64,000 nt of DNA from Thermoproteota archaeon (GTDB taxonomy: Archaea > Korarchaeota > Korarchaeia > Korarchaeales > Korarchaeaceae). Below, piece by piece: positions 1-9,140 of this stretch. The stretch lies in NCBI GenBank assembly GCA_027492205.1, contig JAOZFN010000012.1, positions 1-64,000 of the forward strand, in the 5' to 3' direction. The notes under the pieces are model-generated. The model saw only the letters and a program-made list of their open reading frames with translations. It did not search any database and was not told where the DNA came from. Made by a program: the position numbers and the translations under genes. Position 1 is the stretch's first letter; each line of letters begins with the position of its first letter.

Positions 1-2
1 CC

Positions 3-1193
3 CTGCTCGCCGAGGGCACGAGGGTCATGATGGGGGAGACTGCCTGGCTCATAGTGAGGGCCAGGCTGGAGGCCATGGCAAGGCAGACGTGGACCGACCG
101 GGTGGACCACCTCGACGTGGAGACCTTCAGGACGGGAGACGAACTCAGGGTGGGGGCGTTCAGGCTCAGGCCAGTACACGTCGACCACTCCATCCCGGGC
201 GCCTACGGCCTCTTGGTGGAGTGCGATGGGGGTCGGAGGCTCGTCTACACGGGCGACCTCAGGAGGCACGGGGAGGCGGCGAGGCTGACCGAGGACTTCG
301 TGCGGGAGGCCTCGGGCTGGGACGCGGACGTGGCCCTCGTGGAGGGGACGAGGGTCGCGCCAGAGGCGGACCCCGAGGCTGCGGCGGCGAGGCTGTTTGA
401 GCAGATGCTCGCCCTCAGGCTGGGCGACAGGATCCCGAAGAGGGTCGCGAAGGAGGCCAGGAGGGAGGGGGACGTGCTCCAGGAGCTAGTGGCCGTGGCC
501 GACGACCATCCCGAAAACCTCCTCATGGTCGAGGCCGCCTGGGCCGACGTAGACAGGGCCCGGACCGTCTGGCGAGCCTCCCTCGAATCTGGCAGGAGGC
601 TCATAGTCGACGAGAGGGAGGCGTACCTCCTCCACAGGATGCGCGGGGATCCGGGCCTCCAGGGGCTCCCTGTGGCCGGCGACCTTACGGTGATGGTCTG
701 GCGGAGGAGGAGATCCTCTGGGCCGGCGAGCAGGCGCCTGGCGGAGGCGCTGGAGGAGATCGAGGATGCTGGCGGTGAGGTTCTGGACGCCGAGTCCGCG
801 GCCAGGGAGGTCTGGTCCAATCCCGGCGGGTTCATGTTCCTGACGGGGCACCCAACGAGGGCCCTGAAGGACCTAATGGCGTCCGGCCGCGAGTGCCGCG
901 GCAGGCTGACCTACGTGATGAGCCGGTCCGAGCCCTTCACAGAGGAGATGGTGATCGGCCTTGACAGGCTCCTCAACTGGCTGGCCCTCTACGGCGTCAG
1001 GAGCTACTACAGGATCCACGTGTCCGGGCACGCCTCCCCGGAGGAGCTGAGGGATATCGTCGAGCAGATCGATCCCGGCGCCGTCATCCCCATGCACACC
1101 GAGCACCCGGACCTGTTCAGGCTGTACGTCCCGAGGGAGATCAGGGAGTCTCTGATCGTGCCGTCCCTCGGCGAGCCAATATCGCTGGGCTGA
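3..1193 (+). CDS. Metallo-beta-lactamase/beta-CASP (RNase J-like) hydrolase, 5' end truncated by window
   Basis: Motifs VDHSIPGA, YTGDLR, EGT, HVSGHAS, IPMHTEH; frame is open to the window start and the HxHxDH motif is not inside the window. Confidence 0.75.
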   Translation: MLAEGTRVMMGETAWLIVRARLEAMARQTWTDRVDHLDVETFRTGDELRVGAFRLRPVHVDHSIPGAYGLLVECDGGRRLVYTGDLRRHGEAARLTEDFVREASGWDADVALVEGTRVAPEADPEAAAARLFEQMLALRLGDRIPKRVAKEARREGDVLQELVAVADDHPENLLMVEAAWADVDRARTVWRASLESGRRLIVDEREAYLLHRMRGDPGLQGLPVAGDLTVMVWRRRRSSGPASRRLAEALEEIEDAGGEVLDAESAAREVWSNPGGFMFLTGHPTRALKDLMASGRECRGRLTYVMSRSEPFTEEMVIGLDRLLNWLALYGVRSYYRIHVSGHASPEELRDIVEQIDPGAVIPMHTEHPDLFRLYVPREIRESLIVPSLGEPISLG

Positions 1194-1245
1194 GCTGACT
1201 TGGGAGCCGTGCGAGACCTATAACGTGTTGGCGTTGAGAGGATCG

Positions 1246-2373
1246 ATGGGCACCTGCCGACTCTGCGGGAGGAGCGACGTCACGATCAGCGACGTCGTGG
1301 GGGTCTGCGCCGACTGCCTGAGGGAGATGCCAAGGGAGGCGCTTGAGGTCGCCCTGGAAGCCCACAGGAGGTGGAGGTCGCGCGCCGGCCTCCCGCCAGA
1401 GCCGCCAAGGGACCCCGGCGGGGTGAGGTGCGAGTCCTGCGTCAACGGCTGCTCCATTCCAGAGGGGGGCAGGGGGTACTGCGGGTTCGTGATCAACGAG
1501 GGCGGGAGGCTGAGGAACTCTACCGGGAGGTGGGACGTCGCGCCCGGACTCTGGTACTACGACCCCCACCCGACCAACTGCGTCTCGGCGCCCTTCTGCC
1601 CCGGGGCCACGTGCAGGGGCTTCCCAGCATTCACGGAGCACTGTGGGCCCGAGACGGGGAAGGTCAACCTGGCAGTCTTCTACGGCGGCTGCGGGCTCGA
1701 CTGCCTGTTCTGCCAGAACTAGGAGCACAAGCAGATGGCCCTCAGCCTGGACAGGGTCGTGTCGGTGGATGGCCTGGTGTCGGCGGGGCTCGACCGCAGG
1801 GTCACGTGCGTCTGCTACTTCGGGGGAGACCCGGCGCCCTTCGGCTCGCACTCGCTCGCGGTCGCCAGGAGGCTGATCGAAGAGGCCGAGAGGTACGAGA
1901 GGAAGTTCAGGGCCTGCTGGGAGACCAACGGCACCGTCAACCCCAGGGTCGCGTGGGCCTGGATGGAGCTCGCCCTCAGGAGCGGGGGGAACGTCAAGAT
2001 AGACTTCAAGGCCTGGACGCCCTCCATCTACCAGGCCCTGACCGGGGTCGATGCCCGGGACAGGGTGCTGGAGAACCTGAGGCTGCTCTCCAAGGCCGTG
2101 GAGGAGAGGCCGGACCCTCCCCCCCTCACCGTCAGCGTGCTCCTGGTTCCCGGATACGTCGACGCGAGCGAGGTCAGGCAGATAGCCAGGGAGGTCGCAA
2201 GGCTCGATCCCAGGATCCCCATGGTCCTCCTGGGGTTCAAGCCCGACTTCCTCCTGAGGGACCTCCCGACAACCAGCAGGTCCCACGCCAGGCGGGCGGC
2301 TGAGGCCGCAGAGGAGGAGGGGGTGGAGGAGGTCTACGTCGGAAACCCCTGGCTCCTAGGATCTGCCTACTGA
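1246..2373 (+). pseudogene. Radical SAM protein (PflA/COG1180-like with N-terminal Cys-rich region) interrupted by in-frame TAG at 1720-1722
   Basis: ORFs 1225..1722 and 1735..2373 are in the same frame: CGLDCLFCQN-TAG-EHKQMAL...; downstream half has YFGGDP, WETNG, KIDFKA, LLVPGY; homologs read CQNW. Confidence 0.8.
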
Positions 2374-2382
2374 CCGAGGGAC

Positions 2383-2832
2383 TCACTCAGTGAGCACCTT
2401 GATCACTCCGTAGAGTATCAGGAGGCCCACCACTATGAAGGCCAGGTCGTAGATCACGTTTGCGACTCCGGCCACCTGCGGGTAGAGCCTGAGTATCTCC
2501 ACCACCGGGGACCTCAGGGCCACGTACAGTATGGCAAGGGCCACCAGGTCCAGCAGGCTCCCGGTGACGCCTGACGCGGCCTTGGCCCTGCTCGGTATGC
2601 TCTCCCTGTAGATGGACTCCAACGGGCCCCCCAGGCCCTTCACCAGGCCGGCCATCACGATGGCCAGCAGGATGGCCAGCCCGTCCGGGAGGGTCACGTG
2701 AGGCCTGGAGACCAGGACTACCCCGCTGAGCTGATCGTAGAATACCACCCTGAGTATCCACCAGAGGATGAACGCGATCACTATGGCGGAGATCTGCCTA
2801 ACCAGCCGCTTGGCCCCACTCCTGGCGGACAT
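2383..2832 (-). CDS. Hypothetical integral membrane protein (~4 TM)
   Basis: 149-aa ORF with four hydrophobic segments and genome-typical codon usage. Confidence 0.6.
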   Translation of the reverse strand: MSARSGAKRLVRQISAIVIAFILWWILRVVFYDQLSGVVLVSRPHVTLPDGLAILLAIVMAGLVKGLGGPLESIYRESIPSRAKAASGVTGSLLDLVALAILYVALRSPVVEILRLYPQVAGVANVIYDLAFIVVGLLILYGVIKVLTE

Positions 2833-2867
2833 GTTATCGCCTACCTGCCCCGGTGAGGGTGATTATT

Positions 2868-5800
2868 TTAAGTGGATCCCGAGGCCCGCGGGCGTCCCTT
2901 ACTCCTCCCCTCAAGCTCCCTGAGCGCCAGGTATAGCTTCATCAGCAGGACGGAGTTCTCCCTCACGTACTCCTCGGCCCTGGCCCTCAGGTACTTGGTG
3001 AACCTCGGCCAGGAGGCCTCGCCCCTCTCCTGGAGGAGGCCCGTGGACCTCTCCAGCTCCCTCCTCACTGCGTCCAGCGGGACCTCCTTGCCCCAGCCTA
3101 TCGCCTCGGTGAGCGACTCGAGGGGTGCGATCTCTAGGTCCAGGAGGCGCCTCGCCATGGGGAGGACCTCGACCACCCTCCCCCGCTCCCTCAGCCCGGA
3201 CAGCATGAAGGCCAGGGAGGCCGACCCCGACTCCTGGAGGGTCTTCATGGCCGAGTCCGCGTCGTAGACCACGAAGGTGAAGCCCGAGTCTATGAGGGAG
3301 CCGATCGCTCGGGGGATCTCCTCCCAACCGCCGGGACGGAAGAACTCCCTCCACCCGACCTCGCTCGTGACGACCTCGCCGTCGTACACCGCGGCCGCCA
3401 CGAGGTTCACCTGCTCGCCTACGGGCAGGGTCACCGCGTCGAGCGCCGCGAGCTTGAGGGCCCTCGAGGGCTTCGGGACAGGGACCTCAACCCCGGCCAG
3501 CCTCAGAACGATCCTCTCCCTGAGGAGCATGTACTCGACCGCCCTCCGAGCCCAGGTCTTGGCCAGATCCCACCTGCCCGAGCTGAGGAGCGTGAGCCTG
3601 GCCTGCTCATCCAGCTGCTCCATCAGGACATCCGCCACGTCGTCGGGCTGGAAGGCCTCGACCTCCTCGAGGACCACGCTCCAGTCGAGCGTCTCGAGGA
3701 GGCCGGCGCTCTCGGGCTCGTGCAGGGACATCACCTTCCTGTCGCCCACGTTGGCGAGGCTGTAGACTATGGACTCGAGCTCGATCCCCATCCTGAGCCT
3801 GAGGACCACCATCAGGGTGGCCAGGCCCACCCTCATCCACTCGAGGTCCTCGCCGGGCTCCAGCTCGACCACGATCCCGTAGGTGTAGTCCCTGTACCTA
3901 CCCCCGGTGGGCCCGATGACGGGGAGGCTCCGCCTGTCCACCACGAAGTAGGTCCTGTCGCCGGCCGCGACCGGCCTGTACCTGCCAGACCTGACGACCC
4001 AGTAGACGCGGTTCGGCGCCTTCACCAGGAGGCCGAACCCCCTCCTCGGCGGGTCGACGACGCATATCACCTCGCTGTGGAGTCGGCCCCTGTAGTAGTC
4101 TCCCACCACGTCCGGCTCCTCTCCCCAGCCCATCTTGACCCTGGCGTACTCCTCGTACGCGTGGGCCAGGGGGTCGTAGGAGAGGACGGTCCTCGTGTTG
4201 AGGGGCCTCTCCACCACGCCGGTGATGACCCGTCCCCTCTTGAGCAGGTCCACCACGACGGCGTTGGCCGAGTAGTCGATGCTCCCCGGCTGGAACCTCT
4301 CCACTAGGTCGCAGTGCCCTATGTCCTCCAGGTAGCGCTGCTCGCCGTCCTCTACCAGTAGGCGCTTCATCCCGTAGGGCGGGCCGAACTCGTAGAAGTT
4401 CATGTAGGACCAGGTCCTCTTCCCCTTCTGGGTAAGCCCCCCCGGCTCTATGAGGCCCAACTCCCCCAGGAGCTCGACCTCTTCCTCGGTCAGCGTTCCC
4501 CTCAGCTCCGGGGAGGCCGCCTTGAACAGCCCCTCGAACAGGGTGCAGTACTTGTTCCTCGGGTTTATGAGGGCCTTCTCCAGGGGGAGCTCCACCCAGC
4601 TCTGGAGCGTCTCCGCCCCCCTGAGCAGGAGCTCCCTGTCCCAGCTCGACAGCGGTATGATGATGGACTCCGTGAACTCTATCTCCTCCCTCCGCCCCTT
4701 CCTGCCCTCTCTCTGCCTGAACTCCCTCACCGTGGGCGGGAGCCCCACGTGGATGACTCTAATCACTCCCCCGATGTCGATCCCCTGGGCGAGGGTCCTG
4801 GGGGAGATGAGGACCGAGACCTCGCCCTCCCTCGCCCCCCTCTCGATCTCTGCCCTCTCCCCCTTCGGCACCAGGTGGTGGTGCGCGGCGACCCTCTCGG
4901 CCATATCACCGAGCTCGAGGGCCGCCCTCCTCCTGAGCTCCTCGGCGTACCTTATGCTCCTCGTGAAGACCAGGGTTACTCCCTCGTCGGGCGCGTACCG
5001 GGACACGATTTCCGACGGGTCCACGGCTGGGCTTGGGACCTGGATGCCCGCCCACTTGGCCGCCTCTATGACCTTGTAGGCGGAGGCCCTGAACTCGTCA
5101 AAGTCCTCGAGGGCCCTCAGCACGTCCTCGCCCACGTCCGCCTGTACGAGGTCCTCCCTCCTGTCCCTCAGCATCTCCCAGATGGCCCTGAGGTTCTTGC
5201 CCAGGACCACGTAGACCCTGTTCTCCGTCCTGAAGGGCCTCCCGGAGATCACCCTGGTCTTCCTGCCGTTGATCTGGGTCAGGAACTCGGCCAGCTCCTC
5301 CGGATTGCCGAGGGTGGCCGTCAGCGCGGCCACCCGGAAGCTCCTCCCACTGAGGAGCCTCATTATCTTCATCATGGAGAGGAGGAGGGCCAGCTCCCTC
5401 GGCCCGTAGAAGTCCAGCTCGTCCAGAACCAAGAGACCGAGGTCCTGACAGAATCCCCTGAGCAGGGCTCTGCCTGAGACCCACCTCTTGAGCTCGTTCA
5501 GGAGAAAGGCCGGGTTAGTCACGAGGATATGGGACTGCGATATGGCAGATCTGAGGCCCCTAGTGCCGAGTTTCGACCTCATGGCGTTTCTCCTGGCTGC
5601 GTCGATGGCGAGAACCCTGATGCCCAGGGAGTCGGAGTAGTCCTCCAGCCTCCTCAGCTGATCGTTGGCGAGGGCCAGGGTGGGGTAGACGGCCATCGCC
5701 CTGACGCCGGAGCGGGCCGCGTGGACGAACCACGACTCGGTCTTGCCGCTCCCGGCCCCGGAGATGAGTATCACGTTTTCCCCGCTCTCCAGGGCCTCTA

Positions 5801-5987
5801 TGGCCTCGAGCTGGTGCCTGTATAGCCTCTTCCCAGAGATGGCCCTCGAGAGCGGGCCCCCCGACGACAGTCCGGGGAGGAGGTCCGCGAAGGTCTTCTC
5901 CGTCCTCTCGGGCCTCTCCGGAGGTTCAGTGAAGCTGTAGAACTCGTATCCAAGCTCACTCAGGAGGCGACCGGAGTCGACGGGCAC
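2868..5987 (-). CDS. SF2 DEAD/DEAH-box helicase (MrfA/Hrq1/SftH-like) with C-terminal extension
   Basis: LYRHQ Q-motif, GAGSGKTE, LDELD, TAT, GIDIG, QREGRKGR; true start is likely the GTG at 5987 after GGAGG (ORF-track 5' extension overlaps the opposite-strand peptidase). Confidence 0.85.
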   Translation of the reverse strand: MPVDSGRLLSELGYEFYSFTEPPERPERTEKTFADLLPGLSSGGPLSRAISGKRLYRHQLEAIEALESGENVILISGAGSGKTESWFVHAARSGVRAMAVYPTLALANDQLRRLEDYSDSLGIRVLAIDAARRNAMRSKLGTRGLRSAISQSHILVTNPAFLLNELKRWVSGRALLRGFCQDLGLLVLDELDFYGPRELALLLSMMKIMRLLSGRSFRVAALTATLGNPEELAEFLTQINGRKTRVISGRPFRTENRVYVVLGKNLRAIWEMLRDRREDLVQADVGEDVLRALEDFDEFRASAYKVIEAAKWAGIQVPSPAVDPSEIVSRYAPDEGVTLVFTRSIRYAEELRRRAALELGDMAERVAAHHHLVPKGERAEIERGAREGEVSVLISPRTLAQGIDIGGVIRVIHVGLPPTVREFRQREGRKGRREEIEFTESIIIPLSSWDRELLLRGAETLQSWVELPLEKALINPRNKYCTLFEGLFKAASPELRGTLTEEEVELLGELGLIEPGGLTQKGKRTWSYMNFYEFGPPYGMKRLLVEDGEQRYLEDIGHCDLVERFQPGSIDYSANAVVVDLLKRGRVITGVVERPLNTRTVLSYDPLAHAYEEYARVKMGWGEEPDVVGDYYRGRLHSEVICVVDPPRRGFGLLVKAPNRVYWVVRSGRYRPVAAGDRTYFVVDRRSLPVIGPTGGRYRDYTYGIVVELEPGEDLEWMRVGLATLMVVLRLRMGIELESIVYSLANVGDRKVMSLHEPESAGLLETLDWSVVLEEVEAFQPDDVADVLMEQLDEQARLTLLSSGRWDLAKTWARRAVEYMLLRERIVLRLAGVEVPVPKPSRALKLAALDAVTLPVGEQVNLVAAAVYDGEVVTSEVGWREFFRPGGWEEIPRAIGSLIDSGFTFVVYDADSAMKTLQESGSASLAFMLSGLRERGRVVEVLPMARRLLDLEIAPLESLTEAIGWGKEVPLDAVRRELERSTGLLQERGEASWPRFTKYLRARAEEYVRENSVLLMKLYLALRELEGRSKGRPRASGST

Positions 5988-6060
5988 AACCGACCTCCGG
6001 AACCCACCGGGCGGCGAGCGGATTAAATGATCTGGTCTCCCTCCTCGAGGGGTGCGCGCC

Positions 6061-7209
6061 TTGGACGTTGATGTGAGGGAGTATGAGGAAAGGATATCCC
6101 GGCTGAGGAGCTGGATGGAGGAGAATAGGGTTGACGTGGCCATGATGGGCCCTGGAAGCAACATGAGGTACCTATCCGGTACGGAGAACGCTGGCCTGCT
6201 TGTGGTACCCGCCGAGGGAGACCCGTTCCTCATGGCCCAGTACGCCTTCGGAGACGAGCTGGCCAGGCAGGAGTCCTTCCTCGAGGTCGTCGTGGTGAGG
6301 CCGAGGTACGGGACCTCTCCGAAGGACGTCGTCAAGCCTAACCTGGCGGCGGAGGCCGCCAAGAGGCTCCGAGAGACCGGCCTGAGGATCAGGAGGGTGG
6401 GCGTGGAGAGGGACAAGGGGCAGGACCACCTGTCCAAGATCAGGAAGGGGCTCAGGAGGGGAGGGCGGAGGCCCACTCTGGTGGACGTGGGAAGGGCCAT
6501 GAGGGAGCTCAGGGCCGAGAAGTCGGAGGCCGAGGTGGAGCTCATCAAGAGGAGCTCCGAGATTGCCATAGAGGCGTTCGAGAGGACGGTGGCAGACCTG
6601 GGGGAGGGTCAGACCGAGGCGCACGTGGCGAACAGGCTGGAGTTCGAGATGAGGGAGCTCGGGGCTGAGGGGCCGAGCTTCCCCTCGATCGTCGCCTTCG
6701 GCGAGCACACGTTCAACGCGCACCACGTCCCGACCCAGAAGAGGCTGAAGAAGGGACAACTGGTGCTCTTCGACTTCGGGGCGAGGTACAGGGGCTACTG
6801 CAGCGACATGACCCGGACGTTCGTCTTCGGGGCTGAGCCGAGGGGGGAGATCAGGGAGAGGTTGGAGGCCGTCTTGAAGGCCCAGGAGGCCGGCAAGGCG
6901 GCCGTCAGGGACGGGGTCCCCGTTATGGAGCCAGACTTGGAGGCCAGAAGGGTGCTCGAGGGTTACGGCGACCTGGTCGACTACTTCGTCCACAGCCTCG
7001 GACACGGGGTCGGCCTGGACATCCACGAGTACCCCAGGCTCATCGTGGGGGCCGACGGGACGCTCAAGTCCGGGATGGTCGTCACGGTGGAGCCAGGGGT
7101 TTACATCAGGGGCTGGGGAGGCGTGAGGTTCGAGGACACCGTCGTCGTGAGGCGCGAGGGGGTTGAGGTGCTCACCGACCGGCTGACGAGGGATTTCAGG
7201 CTCGGGTGA
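6061..7209 (+). CDS. pepQ: Xaa-Pro peptidase/prolidase (M24B)
   Basis: Creatinase-like N-terminus; [29 protein letters not shown] metal ligands. Confidence 0.9.
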   Translation: MDVDVREYEERISRLRSWMEENRVDVAMMGPGSNMRYLSGTENAGLLVVPAEGDPFLMAQYAFGDELARQESFLEVVVVRPRYGTSPKDVVKPNLAAEAAKRLRETGLRIRRVGVERDKGQDHLSKIRKGLRRGGRRPTLVDVGRAMRELRAEKSEAEVELIKRSSEIAIEAFERTVADLGEGQTEAHVANRLEFEMRELGAEGPSFPSIVAFGEHTFNAHHVPTQKRLKKGQLVLFDFGARYRGYCSDMTRTFVFGAEPRGEIRERLEAVLKAQEAGKAAVRDGVPVMEPDLEARRVLEGYGDLVDYFVHSLGHGVGLDIHEYPRLIVGADGTLKSGMVVTVEPGVYIRGWGGVRFEDTVVVRREGVEVLTDRLTRDFRLG

Positions 7210-8414
7210 GCCCTTTGTCGGGCGAGTTCACCCCCTCGGGCAGGGTCGTGATATTCGGGGAGGGGGTGGACCGCCTGAGGAGGGGGGAGAGGAACGTCTA
7301 CCTGAAGTGGCTCAGGAGGAGGGAGGGAGCCGTCGAGCCCGGCGACCTGGTCGAGGTCGTGGACGACTCAGGCGAGTTCCTGGCCTGGGGGTTCTACGAG
7401 GGCGTAGGCGCCATGGCCGTCAGGGTGCTCTCGCTGGACAGGGGGGAAAGGCCCAGCGAGGACTGGCTGAGGTCTTCCCTCGAGGGGGCCCTGAGGTTAA
7501 GGGAGAGGCTCAACCTCGGGAACTTCTTCAGGCTGGTCCACAGCGAGGCGGACGGACTCCCGGGGCTCATAGTCGACGTGTACTCCAACCTGGGGGTCGT
7601 GACGTCGACCTCGGTGGGGATGGACAGGAGGCTCGGGGCGATCGCCGAGATCCTCTCCGAGCTCCTGGGGCTGGACGCGATCTACGCCAGGAACGACGCG
7701 AGGACCAGGAGGGAGGTGGGCCTGCCGACCTGGAGGGGGAGGCTCATCGGAGAGGCCGGTCCCACGGCCCAGATTGACGAGGGAGGCGTGAGGTTCGAGG
7801 TCGACGTGATCAGGGGACAGAAGACGGGTTTCTTCATAGACCAGAGGGAGAACCGCCTGCTCCTGCAGAGATACGCCCCGAGGGGCGGCAGGGTCCTCGA
7901 CCTGTTCTCCTACACCGGCGGCTTCGGACTCCACGCCCTGGCCGGCGGGGCCGCGGGGGCCGTGCTGGTGGACGAGTCGGAGTACGCCGTGGAGGCGGCC
8001 TTGAGGAATGCAGAGCTGAACGGCCTCTCGGGCAGGGTCAGCGCGGTCAGGAGCAGGGTGAGGGAGTTCTTGGAGTCCGCCAGGGAGAGGGGCGACCGGT
8101 ACGACGCCGTGGTGGTCGACCCGCCGGCGCTGGTGCCCAGCAGGGAGAGGCTCCCCATGGGGCTGAAGACCTACGTGGCCGTGAACGCCGCAGCCATGGA
8201 GGTCCTGGAGCCCGGGGGGCTCATGATCTCCACCAGCTGCAGCCAGTTCGTCGACGCCGGGAGGCTCAGGAGGGTCCTGATCACGGCGGCCTCGAAGGCC
8301 GGGAGGCGAGTGAGGTTCCTGGGGGGCGTACTGGGCCAGTCGCCCGACCACCCGGTCGACCCGCTGCACCCGTGGACGGGCTACCTGAAGGGTTTCGCTC
8401 TCGTGGTGGATTGA
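7206..8414 (+). CDS. RlmI-like class I SAM-dependent RNA m5C methyltransferase with PUA domain
   Basis: SEADGLPGLIVDVY, GQKTGFFIDQREN, LDLFSYTGGF, DPP, TSCS catalytic Cys, YLK. Confidence 0.9.
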   Translation: MSPLSGEFTPSGRVVIFGEGVDRLRRGERNVYLKWLRRREGAVEPGDLVEVVDDSGEFLAWGFYEGVGAMAVRVLSLDRGERPSEDWLRSSLEGALRLRERLNLGNFFRLVHSEADGLPGLIVDVYSNLGVVTSTSVGMDRRLGAIAEILSELLGLDAIYARNDARTRREVGLPTWRGRLIGEAGPTAQIDEGGVRFEVDVIRGQKTGFFIDQRENRLLLQRYAPRGGRVLDLFSYTGGFGLHALAGGAAGAVLVDESEYAVEAALRNAELNGLSGRVSAVRSRVREFLESARERGDRYDAVVVDPPALVPSRERLPMGLKTYVAVNAAAMEVLEPGGLMISTSCSQFVDAGRLRRVLITAASKAGRRVRFLGGVLGQSPDHPVDPLHPWTGYLKGFALVVD

Positions 8415-8427
8415 CCGCCCTGGCCGC

Positions 8428-8643
8428 TCAGAAGAGCGTGGTCTGCCGACCGCGCGTCGGGGGGCGCCTCGGTCTCGGGACGTAGACTATCCTCCCATCC
8501 TCGAGCCGGACCTCCAGGCGATCCCCCTTCTCCAGGCCCAGCCTGTCCACGAAGGGCTTGGGCACCGTGACGTGGTAGGTCCTGTACCTCCTTCCGTCCC
8601 TCACCCAGCTCTTCTCCTGGAGTCTCACCACCAGCCGGGGCAC
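8428..8643 (-). CDS. AbrB/MazE/SpoVT-family DNA-binding protein
   Basis: YHVTVPKPFVDRLGLEKGDRLEVRLEDGRIV signature. Confidence 0.8.
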   Translation of the reverse strand: MPRLVVRLQEKSWVRDGRRYRTYHVTVPKPFVDRLGLEKGDRLEVRLEDGRIVYVPRPRRPPTRGRQTTLF

Positions 8644-8672
8644 GGGGAGATCACCCCTCCTCTCAACTCGGC

Positions 8673-9038
8673 TCAGTTGTTCGGCCTGGTCAGCCAGAGG
8701 CCGGCCTCAGACAGGGGGTTCGACAGCTCGCCCGACACGTATGCCTTCACCAGCTCCATGGGGTCCGAGAAGGTCGAGCTCATCACGGCAATGTCCCGCT
8801 CCACCAGGGCCTCCGCCAGCGTCGGAGACATGGAGCCGACGACCAGGTCAACCTCCAGCTCCTCCGCGAGGGCTAGGAGTTCGTCGGAGCAGCCCCCGGA
8901 GAGGCCGAAGAACTCCGCCTCCTCGATGAGTCCGGAGTCTCCGATCTCGACGTATAGTAGGCCCGAGCAGTCCGCGCAATCCCTGCAGACCTCAACGCCA
9001 GCGTCGCCGTAGGACACGAGTATTGCCAGCCTGATCAA
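8673..9038 (-). CDS. NifB/NifX (FeMo-cofactor-binding fold)-like protein
   Basis: MIRLAI start, EVDLVVGSMSP..AEALVERDIAV, ELVKAYVSGEL end pattern; CxxCxxC. Confidence 0.55.
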   Translation of the reverse strand: MIRLAILVSYGDAGVEVCRDCADCSGLLYVEIGDSGLIEEAEFFGLSGGCSDELLALAEELEVDLVVGSMSPTLAEALVERDIAVMSSTFSDPMELVKAYVSGELSNPLSEAGLWLTRPNN

Positions 9039-9140
9039 CTTTCGCTCGAAGGGGGCTGGGTCGACCGCTTAAAGACTTGCGCTCGTTGACGGTCGGGGTC
9101 GCAGACCGATTTTTTGTAATTGGGAGGACGGTGGGGCGGG

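Noticed and set aside
1720-1722. Genome-wide TAG recoding (pyrrolysine or alternative code)
   Set aside because: TAG ends several genes at the expected family C-termini in this window, and no pyl genes are present here
5988-6569. N-terminal 194 aa of the 1233-aa ORF 2868..6569
   Set aside because: Antisense to the Xaa-Pro peptidase; helicase homology and an SD begin at GTG 5987
8428-8643. Toxin-antitoxin pair around the AbrB-like gene
   Set aside because: No PIN/RelE/MazF-type ORF is adjacent; treated as a stand-alone regulator
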